A stretch of DNA of 64,000 nucleotides from Heterodontus francisci (taxonomy: Eukaryota), in NCBI RefSeq assembly GCF_036365525.1, contig NW_027141363.1:372001-436000 (forward strand), written 5' to 3'. Below the pieces are notes generated by a model. It saw only the letters and a program-made list of their open reading frames with translations. It did no database searches and was not told where the DNA came from. This document shows positions 1 through 12,599 of this stretch, piece by piece. A program made the translations under genes and the position numbers. Within the stretch, counting starts at the first letter, position 1; the number at the start of each line of letters is the position of its first letter.

Positions 1-2876
1 TCCCCTCAGTCACTGTATCACACTCCCTGAGTGACTGTATCACACCCCTCAGTCACTGTATCATACTACCCTCAGACGCTGTATCCCACTCCCCTCAGTC
101 ACCTCATCCCACTCCTCTCAGTCTCTACATCTCACTCCCCTCGGTCACGGCATCCAACTCCCCTCAGTCTCTACATCGCACTCCCCTCAGTCTCTACATC
201 CCATTCCCCTCATTCACGGCATCCAACTCCCCTCATTCACTACATCCCACTCCTCTCAGTCTCTCCATCCCACTCCCCTCAGTCACGGCATCCAACTCCC
301 CTCAGTCACTGCATCCCACTCCCCTCAGTCACTACATCCCACTCCCCTCAGCCACTACATCCCACTCCCCTCAGTCTCTACATCGCACTCCCCTCAGTTT
401 CTACATCCCACTCCCCTCAGTCTCAACATCGCACTCCCCTCAGTCATTACATCCCACTCCCCTCAGTCACTGCATCCCACTCCCCTCAGTCACTGCATCC
501 CACTCCCCTCAGTCACTACATCCCACTCCCCTCAGCCAGTACATCCCACTCCCCTCAGTCTCTACATCGCACTCCCCTCAGTCATTACATCCCACTCCCC
601 TCAGTCACTGCATCCCACTCCTCTCAGTCTCTACATCCCACTCCCCTCACTCACTACATGCCACTCCCCTCACTCACTACTTCCCACTCCCTTCACCCAC
701 TACATGCCACTCCCCTAATCACTTCTTCCCACTGCCCTCAATCATTACTTCCCAGTCCCCTTAGTCAATGCATCCCACTCCCCTCAGTCACAATCCCACT
801 CCCCTTAATTACATCATCCCACTCCCCTCAGTCACTGCATCTAACTCCCCTCAGTCACTGCATCCCACTCCCCTCAGTCACTTAATCCCACTCCCCTTAA
901 TTACATCATCCCACTCCCCTCAGTCACTGCATCTAACTCCCCTCAGTCACTGCATCCCACTCCCCTCAGTCACTACATCCCACTCCCCTCAGACTCTACA
1001 TCCCACTCCCCTCAGTCACCCCATCCCACTCCCCTCAGTCACCACATTCAACTCCCCACAGTCTCTACATCCCACTCCCCTAAGTCTCTACATCCCACAC
1101 CCCTCAGTCACTGCATCCCACTTCCCTCAGTCACTGCATCCCACTCCACTCAGTCCATGCATCGCACTGCCCATGTCACGACATCCCACACCACTCAATT
1201 ACATCATCCCACTCCCCTCAATCACTGCATCCCACTCCCCTCAATTACATCATCCCACTCCCCTCAATCACTGCATCCCACTCCCCTCAATTACATCATG
1301 CCACTCCCCTCAGTCCCTCCATCCCATTCCTCTCAGTCACTGCATCCCACTCTCCTCAGTCACCACATCCCACTCCCCTCAGTCACTGCATCCTACTCCT
1401 CTCAGTCACTGCATCCCTCTCCCCTCAATCAGTGCATCCCACTCCTCTCAGTCACTGCAACCCGCTCCCCTCAGCCACTGCATCCCACTCCTCTCAGGCA
1501 CTGCATCCCACTCCCCTCAATCGGTGCATCCCACACCCCTCAATCAGTGCATTCCACTCCACTCAGTCTCTACATCCCACTTCCCTCAATTACTGCATCC
1601 CACTCCGCTCAATTACATCATCCCACTCCCCTCAGTCACTGCATCCCACTGCCCTCAGTCACTGCATCCCACTGCCCTCAGTCACTGCATCCCACTCCCC
1701 TCAATCACCACATCCCACTCCCCTCAGTCACCCCATCCCACTCCCCTCAGCCACTGTATCCCACTCCTCTCAGTCACTGCATCTCACTCCCCTCAATCAG
1801 TGCATCCCATTCCCCTCAGTCACTGCATCCCATTCCCCTCAGTCACTGCATCCCACTCCTCTCAGTCACTGCATCCCACACCCCTCAATCAGTGCATTCC
1901 ACTCCCCAGTCACTGCATCCCAATCCCCTCAGCCTCTGCATCCCACTCCCTTCCGTCACTACATCCCACTCCCCTCAATTACTGCATCCCACTGCCCTCA
2001 GTCCACTGCATCCCATTCCCCTCCGTCACTGCATCCCACTCCCCTCAGTCAGTGCATCCCACTCCTCTCAGTCACTACATCCCACTCCCCTCAGTCACTA
2101 CATCCCACTCCCCTCAATCACCACATCCCACTCCGCTCAATTACATCATCCCACTCCCCTCAGTCACTGCATCCCACTGCCCTCAGTCACTGCATCCCAC
2201 TGCCCTCAGTCACTGCATCCCACTCCCCTCAATCACCACATCCCACTCCCCTCAGTCACCCCATCCCACTCCCCTCAGCCACTGTATCCCACTCCTCTCA
2301 GTCACTGCATCTCACTCCCCTCAATCAGTGCATCCCATTCCCCTCAGTCACTGCATCCCATTCCCCTCAGTCACTGCATCCCACTCCTCTCAGTCACTGC
2401 ATCCCACACCCCTCAATCAGTGCATTCCACTCCCCAGTCACTGCATCCCAATCCCCTCAGCCTCTGCATCCCACTCCCTTCCGTCACTACATCCCACTCC
2501 CCTCAATTACTGCATCCCACTGCCCTCAGTCCACTGCATCCCATTCCCCTCCGTCACTGCATCCCACTCCCCTCAGTCAGTGCATCCCACTCCTCTCAGT
2601 CACTACATCCCACTCCCCTCAGTCACTACATCCCACTCCCCTCAGTCTATGTATTCCACTCCCCTCAATTACATCATCCCACTCTCCTTAGTCACTCCAT
2701 CCCAGTCCCCTCAGTCACCACATCCCTCTCCCCTCAGTCACCCCATCCCACTCACCTCAGTCACTCCATCCCACTTCCCTCAGTCACCCCATCCCACTCC
2801 CCTCAGTCACTCCATCCAACTTCCCTCATTCACTCCCTTCCACTTCCCGCAGTCACTCCATCCCACTTCCCTCAGT
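1..2876. repeat. 23-bp minisatellite (CCCACTCCCCTCAGTCACTGCAT)n in an intron of copy A
   Basis: Directly visible; gives a 23-aa period in the spurious + strand ORFs. Confidence 0.97.
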
Positions 2877-2964
2877 AAGAGACTGGATGATCTCGAGGAC
2901 TGATCTTCTATGGTGCAACATTGGGTGTGGAATCTGTTTCGAATGCACCCCACAAGGGGGATAC

Positions 2965-5900
2965 CTGATGTTCCAGACACCGCTGGGGTAGACGATGATC
3001 CCCTAGTGGATTCTCGAGTTGTTTGTTCCTCGGGTTCCTCAGTTGCGACAGTCTCTGGATCTGTAATAAAGGAAGAGGGCAGAGTGGAGAAAACCCGAAG
3101 AGCTCGTTTATTTAGTTCTCTAGTCCAGACAGTGTCAGATTTTCATCTTTATCAAACCCTCGAAGATCCTATCCAACTCCTCGTGAACATTGCTTCCTGG
3201 AGAGGGAGTGTGAGGTGCCCAGCACTGCAGTGGGGACCTGACGTGAGCCATGAACACTGCAGGGATCAGAGTGCCTGATAGACAGAGACAGCAGAGTCTG
3301 GTTCAGTTCCCTAGAGTTTCAGTGAAGTACACTTTGTGTTTCAGATCCTTTATTCACTGTGTCCCTTACAATAAGGAGGGGAGTGAGTAAACCGTCTCAT
3401 TTCTGTGGGTGACACGGGACATCCCAGAATCACCCTCTGGATGATATAGAAGCATCAATGTACCTGTACAATACGCAGCGCAATAAAACAAGGACTTCAA
3501 CTCATAAACGAAGTAACTGCTGCAGTTTTTGATCTTTATCTCATGGACCTTGTCGCAGTGTTTTCTACCCCAGGATAAACAAACTGTCCGTGTTACTTCC
3601 CCCTGTCCCACGCTGGGATGGGAACCTGAAATGAGAGTTTATAAATATTGAAGACTGTAACCCATGTGAACAGTGCTGGACAGTGAATGTAAATCTGATA
3701 TTCTCAAGGCTGAAATTACCATTTAACCAGCCTGTAACATGTGTGGAGCAGTGAAAATCTGGGACAGCAGTCTCCGGAATCTTCCATCCACCAGAACTGA
3801 AACAAAAATCACAGAGTCAGTCCCTGAACTGATGGCAAATATTAACTGTTAGAGAGACTGGTACCAGCAGATAGTACCAGAAGCTGGGGGAAATCCCTTA
3901 CTCTGCCCATATTGACTAGATTACCCTGAAATTGTTCCTTTACATTACCTTTTAAATCTGTACCATCCTTGAGCAAGATTATCATCACACTTCTCCTGAC
4001 CGGAGCACCCAGTGACATCACAATCGCTGCTCCTCCAGGGCTGGTCCAGGACTGTGTGATTTACACACGGGTCAGTGAGTGCAGAGTCTGTGACTGAGTG
4101 ACAGAAAGATGTTTAATGTTAATATGTGACCTTACATCAGAACTGGGAAAAGTTCTAGTGACAAGTGAAACCGGGGAGGATGTGATGATAAATGGAAGGG
4201 ATCACACTCCCCTCAGTTACCGTATCACACTCTCCTCAGTCACTGTATCCCACTCCCCACAGTCACTGTATCCCAATCCCCACAGTCACTGAATCACACT
4301 CCCCTGAGTCACTGCATGCCACTCCCCTCAGTCACTACACCCACTTCCCTCAATTACAGCATCCCACTCCCCTCACTCACTGCACCCACTCCCCTCAGTC
4401 AGTGCACCCACTCCCATCAGTCACTACATCCCACTCCCCTCAGTCACTACATCCCACTCCCCTCAGTCACTACATCTCACTGCCCTCAGTCACTGCATCC
4501 CTCTCCCCTTAGTCGCTGCATCCCACTCCCCTCAATTACTGCATCCAACTCCCCTCAATCACTGCATCCCACTTCTCTATGTCACTGTACCCACTCCACC
4601 GAATCACTCTATACCATTCCCTTCAGTCACTGCACCTCACTCCCCGCTTCTCTACATCCTACTCCCCTCAGTTACCACATCACACTCAGTAGTCACTACA
4701 TCCCACTTCCCTCAATTACAGCATCCCACTCCCCTTAGTCACTACATCCCACTCCCGTCAGTCACTGTATCCCACTCCCCTCAGTCTCTGTATCCCACTC
4801 CCCTCAGTCGCTACTTCCCACACCCCTGTCACTACACCCCACTCTCCTCAGTCACTACACCCCACTCTCCTCAGTCACTACATCCCACTCTCCTCAGTCA
4901 CTACATCCCACTCCCCTCAGTCACTACATCCCACTCCCCTCAGTCACTACATCCCACTCCCCACATTCACTGTATCCTACTCCACCTAGTCACCACATCT
5001 CATTCGCTCAGTCACTGTATCCCACTCCCCTCAGTCTCTGTATCCCACTCCCCTCAGTCGCTACTTCCCACTCCGCTCAATCACTGCATCCCACACCCCT
5101 CAGTCACTACCTCCCACTCCCCTGTCACTACACCCCACTCTCCTCAGTCACTACACCCCACTCTCCTCAGTCACTACATCCCACTCCCCTCAGTCACTAC
5201 ATCCCACTCCCCTCAGTCACTACATCCCACTCCCCACATTCACTGTATCCTACTCCACCTAGTCACCGCATCTCATTCGCTCAGTCACTACATCCCACTC
5301 CCCTCAGTCTCTGCAGACCACTCCTCTCAGTCACTGCAGCCCACTCCTTACCGAGCTAGCCGTGTCCTAAAAGACAAAGCTGCTAGTCTGGGACTGCGGT
5401 AGGTGATGACAGAACCAACAAGAGGAGAAAATATACTTGACTTCATCCTCACCAATCTGCCTGCCACATATCCATCTGTCCATGACAGTCTTGGTGGGAG
5501 TGACCACCGCACAGTCCTTGAGGATCCATTGAGGATACCGTCCATCGTGTTGTGTGACACTATCACCATGCTAAATGGGATAGATTCAAACAAGTCTAGC
5601 AATGCAACAATGGGCATCCATGAGGTGCTGTGGGAACAACAGCAGCAGCAGAATTGTACTCAACTACAATCTGTAACCTCATGGTCCGGTATATCCCCCA
5701 CTCGATCATGACCATCAAGCCAGGAGACCAAACCTGGTTCCATGAAGAATGCAGGAGGGCATGTAAAGTGCAGCACAAGGCATACCTCAAAATGAGGTGT
5801 CAGCCTGGTGAAGCTACAACACAGGACTATCTGCATGCCAAACAGCATAATTAGCATGCGATGGACAGAGCTAAGCGATCCCATAACCAACGGATCAAAT

Positions 5901-8900
5901 GAGTTCCGAAGAAGGGTCGCTGACCCGAAACGTTAACTTTGCTTCTCTTTCCACAGATGCTGCCAGACCCGCTGAGTGATTCCAGTATTTCTTGTCCTGC
6001 CACATCCAGTCGTGAATGGCAGTAGACAATTAAACAACTAACTGGAGGAGGTGGCCCCACAAATATCCCCATCCTCAATGATCAGGGAGCCCAGCACATC
6101 AGTGCAAAAGATAAGGCTGAAGCATTTGCAAAAATCTTCAGCCAGAAGTGCTGAGTTGATTATCCATCTCGACCTTCTCCTGCAATCCCCAGCATCACAG
6201 ATGTCAGTCTTCAGCCAATTCGATTCACTCCGCTTGATATCAAGAAATGACTGAAGGCACTGGATACTGCAAAGGCTATGGGCCCTGACAATATCCCGGA
6301 AGTAGTACTGAAGACCTGTGCTCCAGAACTTGTTGCATCCTTAGCCAAGCTGTTCCAGTACAGCTACAACACTGGCATCTACCCTGCAATGTGGAAAACT
6401 GCCCAGGCATGTCCTGTGCATAAAAAGCAGGACAAGTCAAAGCAGGGCAAGTTCAAGCCACCCAATTACCGTCCCATCAGTCTACTCTCTATCATCAGTA
6501 AAATGATGGAAGGTGTCGTTGACAGTGCTATCAAGCGGCACTTGCTCAGCAATTACCTGTTCAGTGATGGTCAGTTTGGGTTCCGCCAGGGTCACTCAGC
6601 TCCTGACCTCATTACAGTGTGGTTCAAACATGGACAAAAGAGCTGAACTCAAGAGGTGAGGTGAGAGTGTTTGCCCTTCACATAGAGTCTGTCAGGATCC
6701 TGCTGCTGTGTCTGACACTCACCAGAAAACCTGAATCTCCTCAATTGCAGACCTGACAGAATACTACCCAGACATGCCAGCCCTCTCTCCAGACAGTGAG
6801 CGTCTGGTTCAGTTCCCTAGAGTTTTAGTGAAGAGTTCACTCTGTTTTACAGATCCTATATTCACTGTGTCCCTTACAAAAAGGAGGGCAGTGAGTAAAC
6901 TGTCTCATTCCCATGGGTGACAAGGGACATCCCAGAATCACCCATCTGCACCATATACAAACAGCAATCTACCAGTGCAATAAACAGCGTTACAGTCGGG
7001 TGGAGGCTTCAACTCATAAACAAAATAACTGCTGCAGTTTATGATCTTTATTTCCTGGGTCCAGTGACAGCGATTTCCAGCCTTGTTAAAACAAACTGTC
7101 CTCGTTACTTCCCCCTGTCCCACACTGGGATGGGAACCTGAAATGAGAGTTTATAAACATTGAAGAAAGTAACCCACGTGAACAGTGCTGGACAGTGAAT
7201 GTAAATCTGATATTTTTAAGACGGAAATTACCCTGTAACCAGCCTGTGGCACGTGTGGAGCAGTGAAAATCTGGGACAACAGTGTCCGGAATCTTCCATC
7301 CACCAGAACTGAAACAATAATCACAGAGTCAGTCCCTGAACTGATGGTAAATATTAACTGTTAGAGAGACTGGTAACAACAGATAGTGCCAGAAACTGGG
7401 GGAAATCCATTACTCCTCCCTCATTAACTGATTTACCCAGAATTTGTTCCTTTACATTACCTTTTAAATCTGTACCATCCTTGAGCAAGATTATCATCAC
7501 ACTTCTCCTGACCGGAGCCCACAGTGACATCACAATCGATGCTCCTCCAGGGCTGGTCCAGGACTGTGTGATTTACACACGGGTCAGTGAGTGTGGAGTC
7601 TGTGACTGAGTGACAGAAAGATGTTTAATGTTAATATAAAGTACAGTTAATGTTACACAGCGCCTTGTACCCTCCCGAAATACCAATAATCTCAGTTTCA
7701 CCCTCCGCCCTGGGCAAAGCCCCGCAGATTAAAGATGGAAAATGTCCTCCTTCTCTAAACTGGGTTTCCATCTGTCTCCCAGCTCAGCCTCCCCCTCTAA
7801 CTCACTGCTCACAGACAGTCCTCCCGATTCTAGATTGACCACCAGCTCTCAGGTCACAGAAAGCAGTAAATATCTCAGCTTCACTTCATCCCAGTAGGAA
7901 AGATGTAAAGTGGAGGAGGAGCGAGAACTGCCAGGTGGAGCACAAGCGACCCAGTGTGACTGGTGGGTCCTGGAGAGGGAACGTGTAGTCTCAAAACCAA
8001 CAACAACCTGCGTTTATGTACTGCCTTTGATGTAATAAAATGTCCCAAAGCACTTCATCGGTGTGTTACCATCCCGAACTGACACCGATCCACAGAAGCA
8101 GCTGGTCGGGCAGGTGGCCAAATGCTCTGTCAAAGAGGTAGGTTTTAAGGAGTGTCTGAAAGGATGAAAGAGAGGAGGAGAGACAGAGAAGTTGAGGGCT
8201 AGAATTCCATAGCGTTAAGCCTCGGCAGGTGAAGGCACAGCTGCCAATGGTGGAAGGGATTCGAATCGGGAATATTCAAGAGGCCTGAATTAGAGGAGCG
8301 CAGAGATCTCCAAGGGTTGTGGGGCTGGAGATGATTTCAGAGGTAGGGAACGGCTAGGTGATAGAAGGATCTGGAAACGATTGTGAGAATATTGAAATCC
8401 AGGCCTTGCTGAACCGGGAGCCAGTGTAGGTCAGTGAGCACGGAGATGAAAGGTGAACGGGACTTGGGCAGTATCATACTGGATGACCAAAATGTACAGA
8501 AGGTGGAATGTGAGAGATCAGCCAGGAGATCTTTGGAATAGTCAAGTCTAGAGTTACCAAAGAACTGGTAAAGGGTTTGAGCAGCGGTGAAGCTGCAAGA
8601 GCCAAGTCAGGAATACCGTTTCTGATCATCCTTCTCGAATTGTCGGCAGTCTTTGACACAATTCACCACATTACCCTCTGCCAACACCTCTCCTTCCATG
8701 TCCAGCTGGGTGGAACTGCTCTGGCCTATTTCCACTCAACCCAGTCTAGTCTCAGCCAGAGAATCTCCTGCAGTGTCTTCCCTACCCACTCCAGCACTGT
8801 TACCTCTAGGGTACCCCGAGAATCTATCTTGTCCCTCTCCAATTTCTCATCAGCTTCCGACTGTGCCCAGCTTCCTTCACTGTAGCCTCCTCATCACAAG

Positions 8901-9570
8901 GACATCCAATTACAACCTCCGTAATATCCACCATCACTGATTTTGCCTCAGCCAATCCTCTACCAAAAACCCTCTCCCTTCTAGAGAATCAAATCTTCTA
9001 ATCCACACCTGGCCAGCCTCCCAGCTTCCACTTTCCAGAAGTCAGGTCTCCTCCAACACACTGCTGTTGTATGTTATCTTGCAGAAAGTTTAAGTCACAC
9101 ATCACCCCTGTGCTCTCTGACCTACATTGGTTCACAGCTGCAAACGCCTTTGATGTACAACTTCCGTCTTCCTGTTCAAATTCTTTCATGACCTCTCCCG
9201 CCCTCTCCCACCTCATTTCTGTAATCTTCACCAACTCTCTGTTTCTCTGACCCAAGCCTCCTGTATAAATTCCCTCCACTCCCTTTCCTCCAGCAGTGTC
9301 TGATGTGGCTTCAAGATGTCTAGCCTCCTAAACCTTTCTGCCTCTCCACCTCCGTCTGCTCTTTTAAACTAACAGTCAGCCCTCCAATCATCTCCTTCCC
9401 TGCCGTGTGTCAGACATTTCTTCAATCAGATTTCTGTGCAACATCTTGGGAGATTATTCTATGTAACGGTATGAATAAACACAGCTTGTTCTAGTTGTAC
9501 TGGGGGTGAACTTTGTCGAGAATGAAAGTTACTCACTCAGGTAACCCAGAATGATCAGCAGAGTCCACAT
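2965..9570 (-). CDS. Paralog (copy A) of the tandem-D10C gene, 5' part; 3' exons continue below position 1
   Basis: Exons 9570-9537 (MWTLLIILGYL); D10C-1 7605-7461, 7308-7232, 7137-6973; D10C-2 4093-3949, 3796-3720, 3625-3464; stalk 3060-2965 (DPETVATEEPEEQTTRESTRGSSSTPAVSGTS). Exon sizes and phases equal copy B, with canonical splice sites and no stops. Confidence 0.87.
4200..5348. repeat. 23-bp minisatellite array between the D10C-1 and D10C-2 blocks (copy A)
   Basis: Same unit. Confidence 0.95.
5385..6680 (+). mobile_element. CR1/L2-group LINE ORF2 fragment in the D10C-1/D10C-2 intron; paralog at about 40390-41617
   Basis: PTRGENILD, SDH, GPDNIP, NYRPISLL, QFGFR motifs with stops and frameshifts. 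Confidence 0.88.
5898..5996 (+). mobile_element. Penelope-type terminal fragment with a minimal hammerhead-like motif; copy A only
   Basis: CCGAAGA-A-GGGTC-gct-GACCC-GAAAC..CACAGATGCTGCC; absent at the matching site in copy B (about 40925-40940). Confidence 0.65.
8020..9480. mobile_element. Two old L2 fragments (minus about 8020-8590, plus about 8600-9480); paralog at about 42950-44415
   Basis: LLELSAVFDTIHH (LLDLSAAFDTVDH), HITPVLSDLHW, L2-type 3' end. Confidence 0.75.
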
Positions 9571-10034
9571 CTTACTGGTGAGATCCTGGAAAGGGAAACA
9601 CAAGACAAACATTTGAGAGAGATTACCGAGTAGGGAAATTGGAGGGAATATTAAATAGGGAGTTGCCGAGGAGTTCGTCAGTATATCTGTTCAGAGTGGT
9701 GAGCTCCATCTAATTATCTCTCTCTCACTGGGGCTCTTACAGACAGAGGTGAGCTCAGCTACATGTTCTTGTTAAACATCAGGAACTTGACTCCAATCCT
9801 TCACCCTTTCCACTCTCCAAAGCTTTTATGAATAAACCACATGTGTTCCTGACTCTCTCCTCCAGGTCTGTCTCCTGCATCCCTGAAACAAACCTCTTTG
9901 AATTTCTGACTAAGGTTATGACTCAAGATGATGTTGTTTCAGGAGAAGCAAGACACACACCCCCTGGGTCAACACCTAGCAAGTGACAAACTCCTTTGCT
10001 TTTTCTAACAGTCCTCCCATACCCGACTGCTTAC

Positions 10035-10230
10035 CAAAGTCTCCAAAGTAGATGTCGCTGGGTGGGAGATGTTGTCGGTTCAGTTCCAGCTGCTTGCTCC
10101 TCAGTCTCGGGTCCACTCTGCTGTGAACAGTGTCAGTCTCAGTGTCAGCTCCAACCCCTATATACACCACGACGGATTGACTGCAGTGCTGGTTGGCTGA
10201 AATATTAACATTTAGTAATGATGAATGACA
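10035..10230 (-). promoter_or_regulatory. Putative promoter and non-coding exon 1 of copy A
   Basis: Minus-strand TATATAGG with TATATA at 10164-10159; donor TTG|gtaagc at 10035/10034; HNF1-like GTTAATATTT about 40 bp upstream of the TATA; acceptor ttccag in front of the signal-peptide exon (exon starts 9585). Confidence 0.55.
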
Positions 10231-12599
10231 TGACATAATCTATGCAAACGAAGGCCTTTTGGTGAAACTATCTGCCATAATAAACCAAATTAATATTTCT
10301 CCTGGGCCCATGCTAACCCACGGGGCTTTGCTGTTGCAACATAACTTGTCTTCAGTTACCCAACAGGGAGGGTGTAGGGAGATTGGAGCCTGGGGCTGGG
10401 ACTCTGAATATTAAAGTTAGTATTTGCCAGTTGGCTGTGTATATTTGATCTTTCATAGGCACTAAGTATTAGGGAGAGAATATTCACAGGAGACATGCCT
10501 CTCTTATCAGTAGTGGGTCAGTATTGGGGGGATGATGAGAGGGGGCAGAGAAACAAGATGTTCCAGAGAGACAAATGATCAGACATCCATTTTCCTCCCT
10601 GAGGTCGTTGGGGTTAAAGTAAATGATTCTGTTTTTCAGAATATAGTCACAGAATGAGAACAATGAAATCCTCACATCAGCGACAGTGATACCATCTCCT
10701 AAATAGCACAGATACAGCGTTCGTAACACATACAAACCAGAATGAGGAGAACATAAATTTCTCAGTGAGAGAGTGTTTGAGTATTCAGGACATGGGATAT
10801 TGTGAGGGGTCCCTGACCAGATGTTAATGTCTCAGTCACTGACTGCTCCTCAACTGCTAACATTGAGATAGCAGTGGGCTTCAGGTATAAACTTCAATAC
10901 AAGAACCACCCAGGATGTTGTTTTTTGGAAGGAAAAGTGTTGTATGTAAACTTTATAGAGTTACTGGCAGACCATTGTCCATTACTGACTGAATAATAAT
11001 AAGCGGGTAATTTGTCCCAGATATGGGTGGGATTAGTCTTGGATATGTTTGATTTTGACTGAAAGAATGAGGAGAGATGAAACAATACAATTTGTGAAGT
11101 GGTGCAAGAACAGAGAGACCTGGGGGATGTTTGTGCAGGAATATTTAAAGGCGGCAGGGTAGGTTGAGAAAGCGATCAATAAATCAGATTGGCGTCTGGG
11201 CTTTGTAAATAGAGACGTCGAGTACAAAAGTCCGGGAGTCATGCCAAACCTGTATAAACCACCAGTTCGGCCCCTGTTGGAATATTGTGCCCAGTTCAGG
11301 GCACCACACTTCAGGAAAGACCTATAGGCTTTGGAGAGGGTGCAGAAGAGATTTGCTCGAATGGTTCAGTTAGTGAGGAATTTCAGTCAAGTAAAAAGAC
11401 TGGGCAAGAAAGGGACGTTCTCCTCAGAGCAGAGAAGGTTCTGGGGAGATTCGATAGATCACCAGAGGGCACAGCTTTAATGTGATGGGGAAAGGTACCA
11501 GAGGTGATATGAGGATAAATGTTTTTTAATATCATGAGTGGTTTGGATTTGGAGGGCAATGTCTGATAGGGTGGTGGAAATTCAATGGTATTATTCAAAC
11601 AGGGAATTGACTCAATACTTGAAGGGGAATTAATTGAGGGAATTAAGTGTGAAAGAGTGGGGATTTGGATTAACTGGGTTGATTTTCGAAAGAGATGGCA
11701 AAACCTCAATGGGCCGAATGGCCTCCCTCTGTTGGACTATTCTAGGATTTGTTTCTGATGTGGGTGAGATTCGTCAGTCCCCACATTTCTCTGTCAGATC
11801 ATTAGCACATTGGGCATTGCAGTCAGTCCAGGGCTCTAGATAATATTCCTGTGACAGAATCACAATGTCACTGTCCCCTCAGTAATCACAATCACCTTGC
11901 AGCACATTGTTACTCAATGTTACACTGCCTGTGAAAAGGGGCGTCTGAATGTGCATCTCAGTCCCAACCAGCCCATGTCCAATGCCTAGTCCCTGATAGT
12001 TTCCACTGTCTCCATTCTCACTGGATTGCTGATTCTGTCAATGCCCCTGTGTCCATGCCAGGTTGTCAGATATTCATTCAGTCCCACAATGGACCCATTA
12101 ACACTTCTGAGCCGGCTTTGATATTTGCATTCCCTGGGACTAACAGATTTGAATGTTGTGCCGTGTGTCACTGATAGGAAAATATCAACCTTTACAAAGC
12201 AGGAAGCTGTTGTGTTTGTCAAGGACTGAGAACAATAGACTCTTCACATCATAGGCACAGGTAAGATCAGCTGAAGGGCAAAGGTGCACAACTAACAACA
12301 TAGTCAAACAAACTGAGGAGAGAGAGAGAGAGAGGGAGTGAGAGTTGGGAGTGTGTGTGTGCATGCATCCAGTCATGCATTATTGAACGTGTGATTAATG
12401 AAAGAGTCTAAAATACAAAGGGTTTGGAGGTAATGCCACAGTTGTAGGAGGCTCTGGTTAGACTATGTCCGGAATATTGCACTCAGTCTGGACACCTTAC
12501 CTCAGCAAGCAGCTGTTTGCCTTAGACCAGATACAGCTGAGATTCACCAGAATGATACTGGGGTTGACAGTGAATACATTCCATGATCAGTGAGAGATA

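Noticed and set aside
31-2903. Long His/Pro/Ser-rich ORFs (284-711 aa), and similar ones at 31604, 38896 and 39854
   Set aside because: Stop-free translation of the 23-bp minisatellite, open in all three frames and antisense to the host gene's introns.
2910-3278. 122-aa + strand ORF conserved in part at 37731
   Set aside because: Antisense shadow of the stalk exon; start and stop not conserved between copies.
1-5348. Regular repeats as a CRISPR array
   Set aside because: Head-to-tail units without unique spacers, in a vertebrate context.
11900-12320. Exon-like minus-strand stretch and ATTTGCAT octamer (paralog 46830-47245)
   Set aside because: Stop codon in copy A, acceptor and frame not conserved between copies, no recognisable domain; the octamer is not near a V leader.
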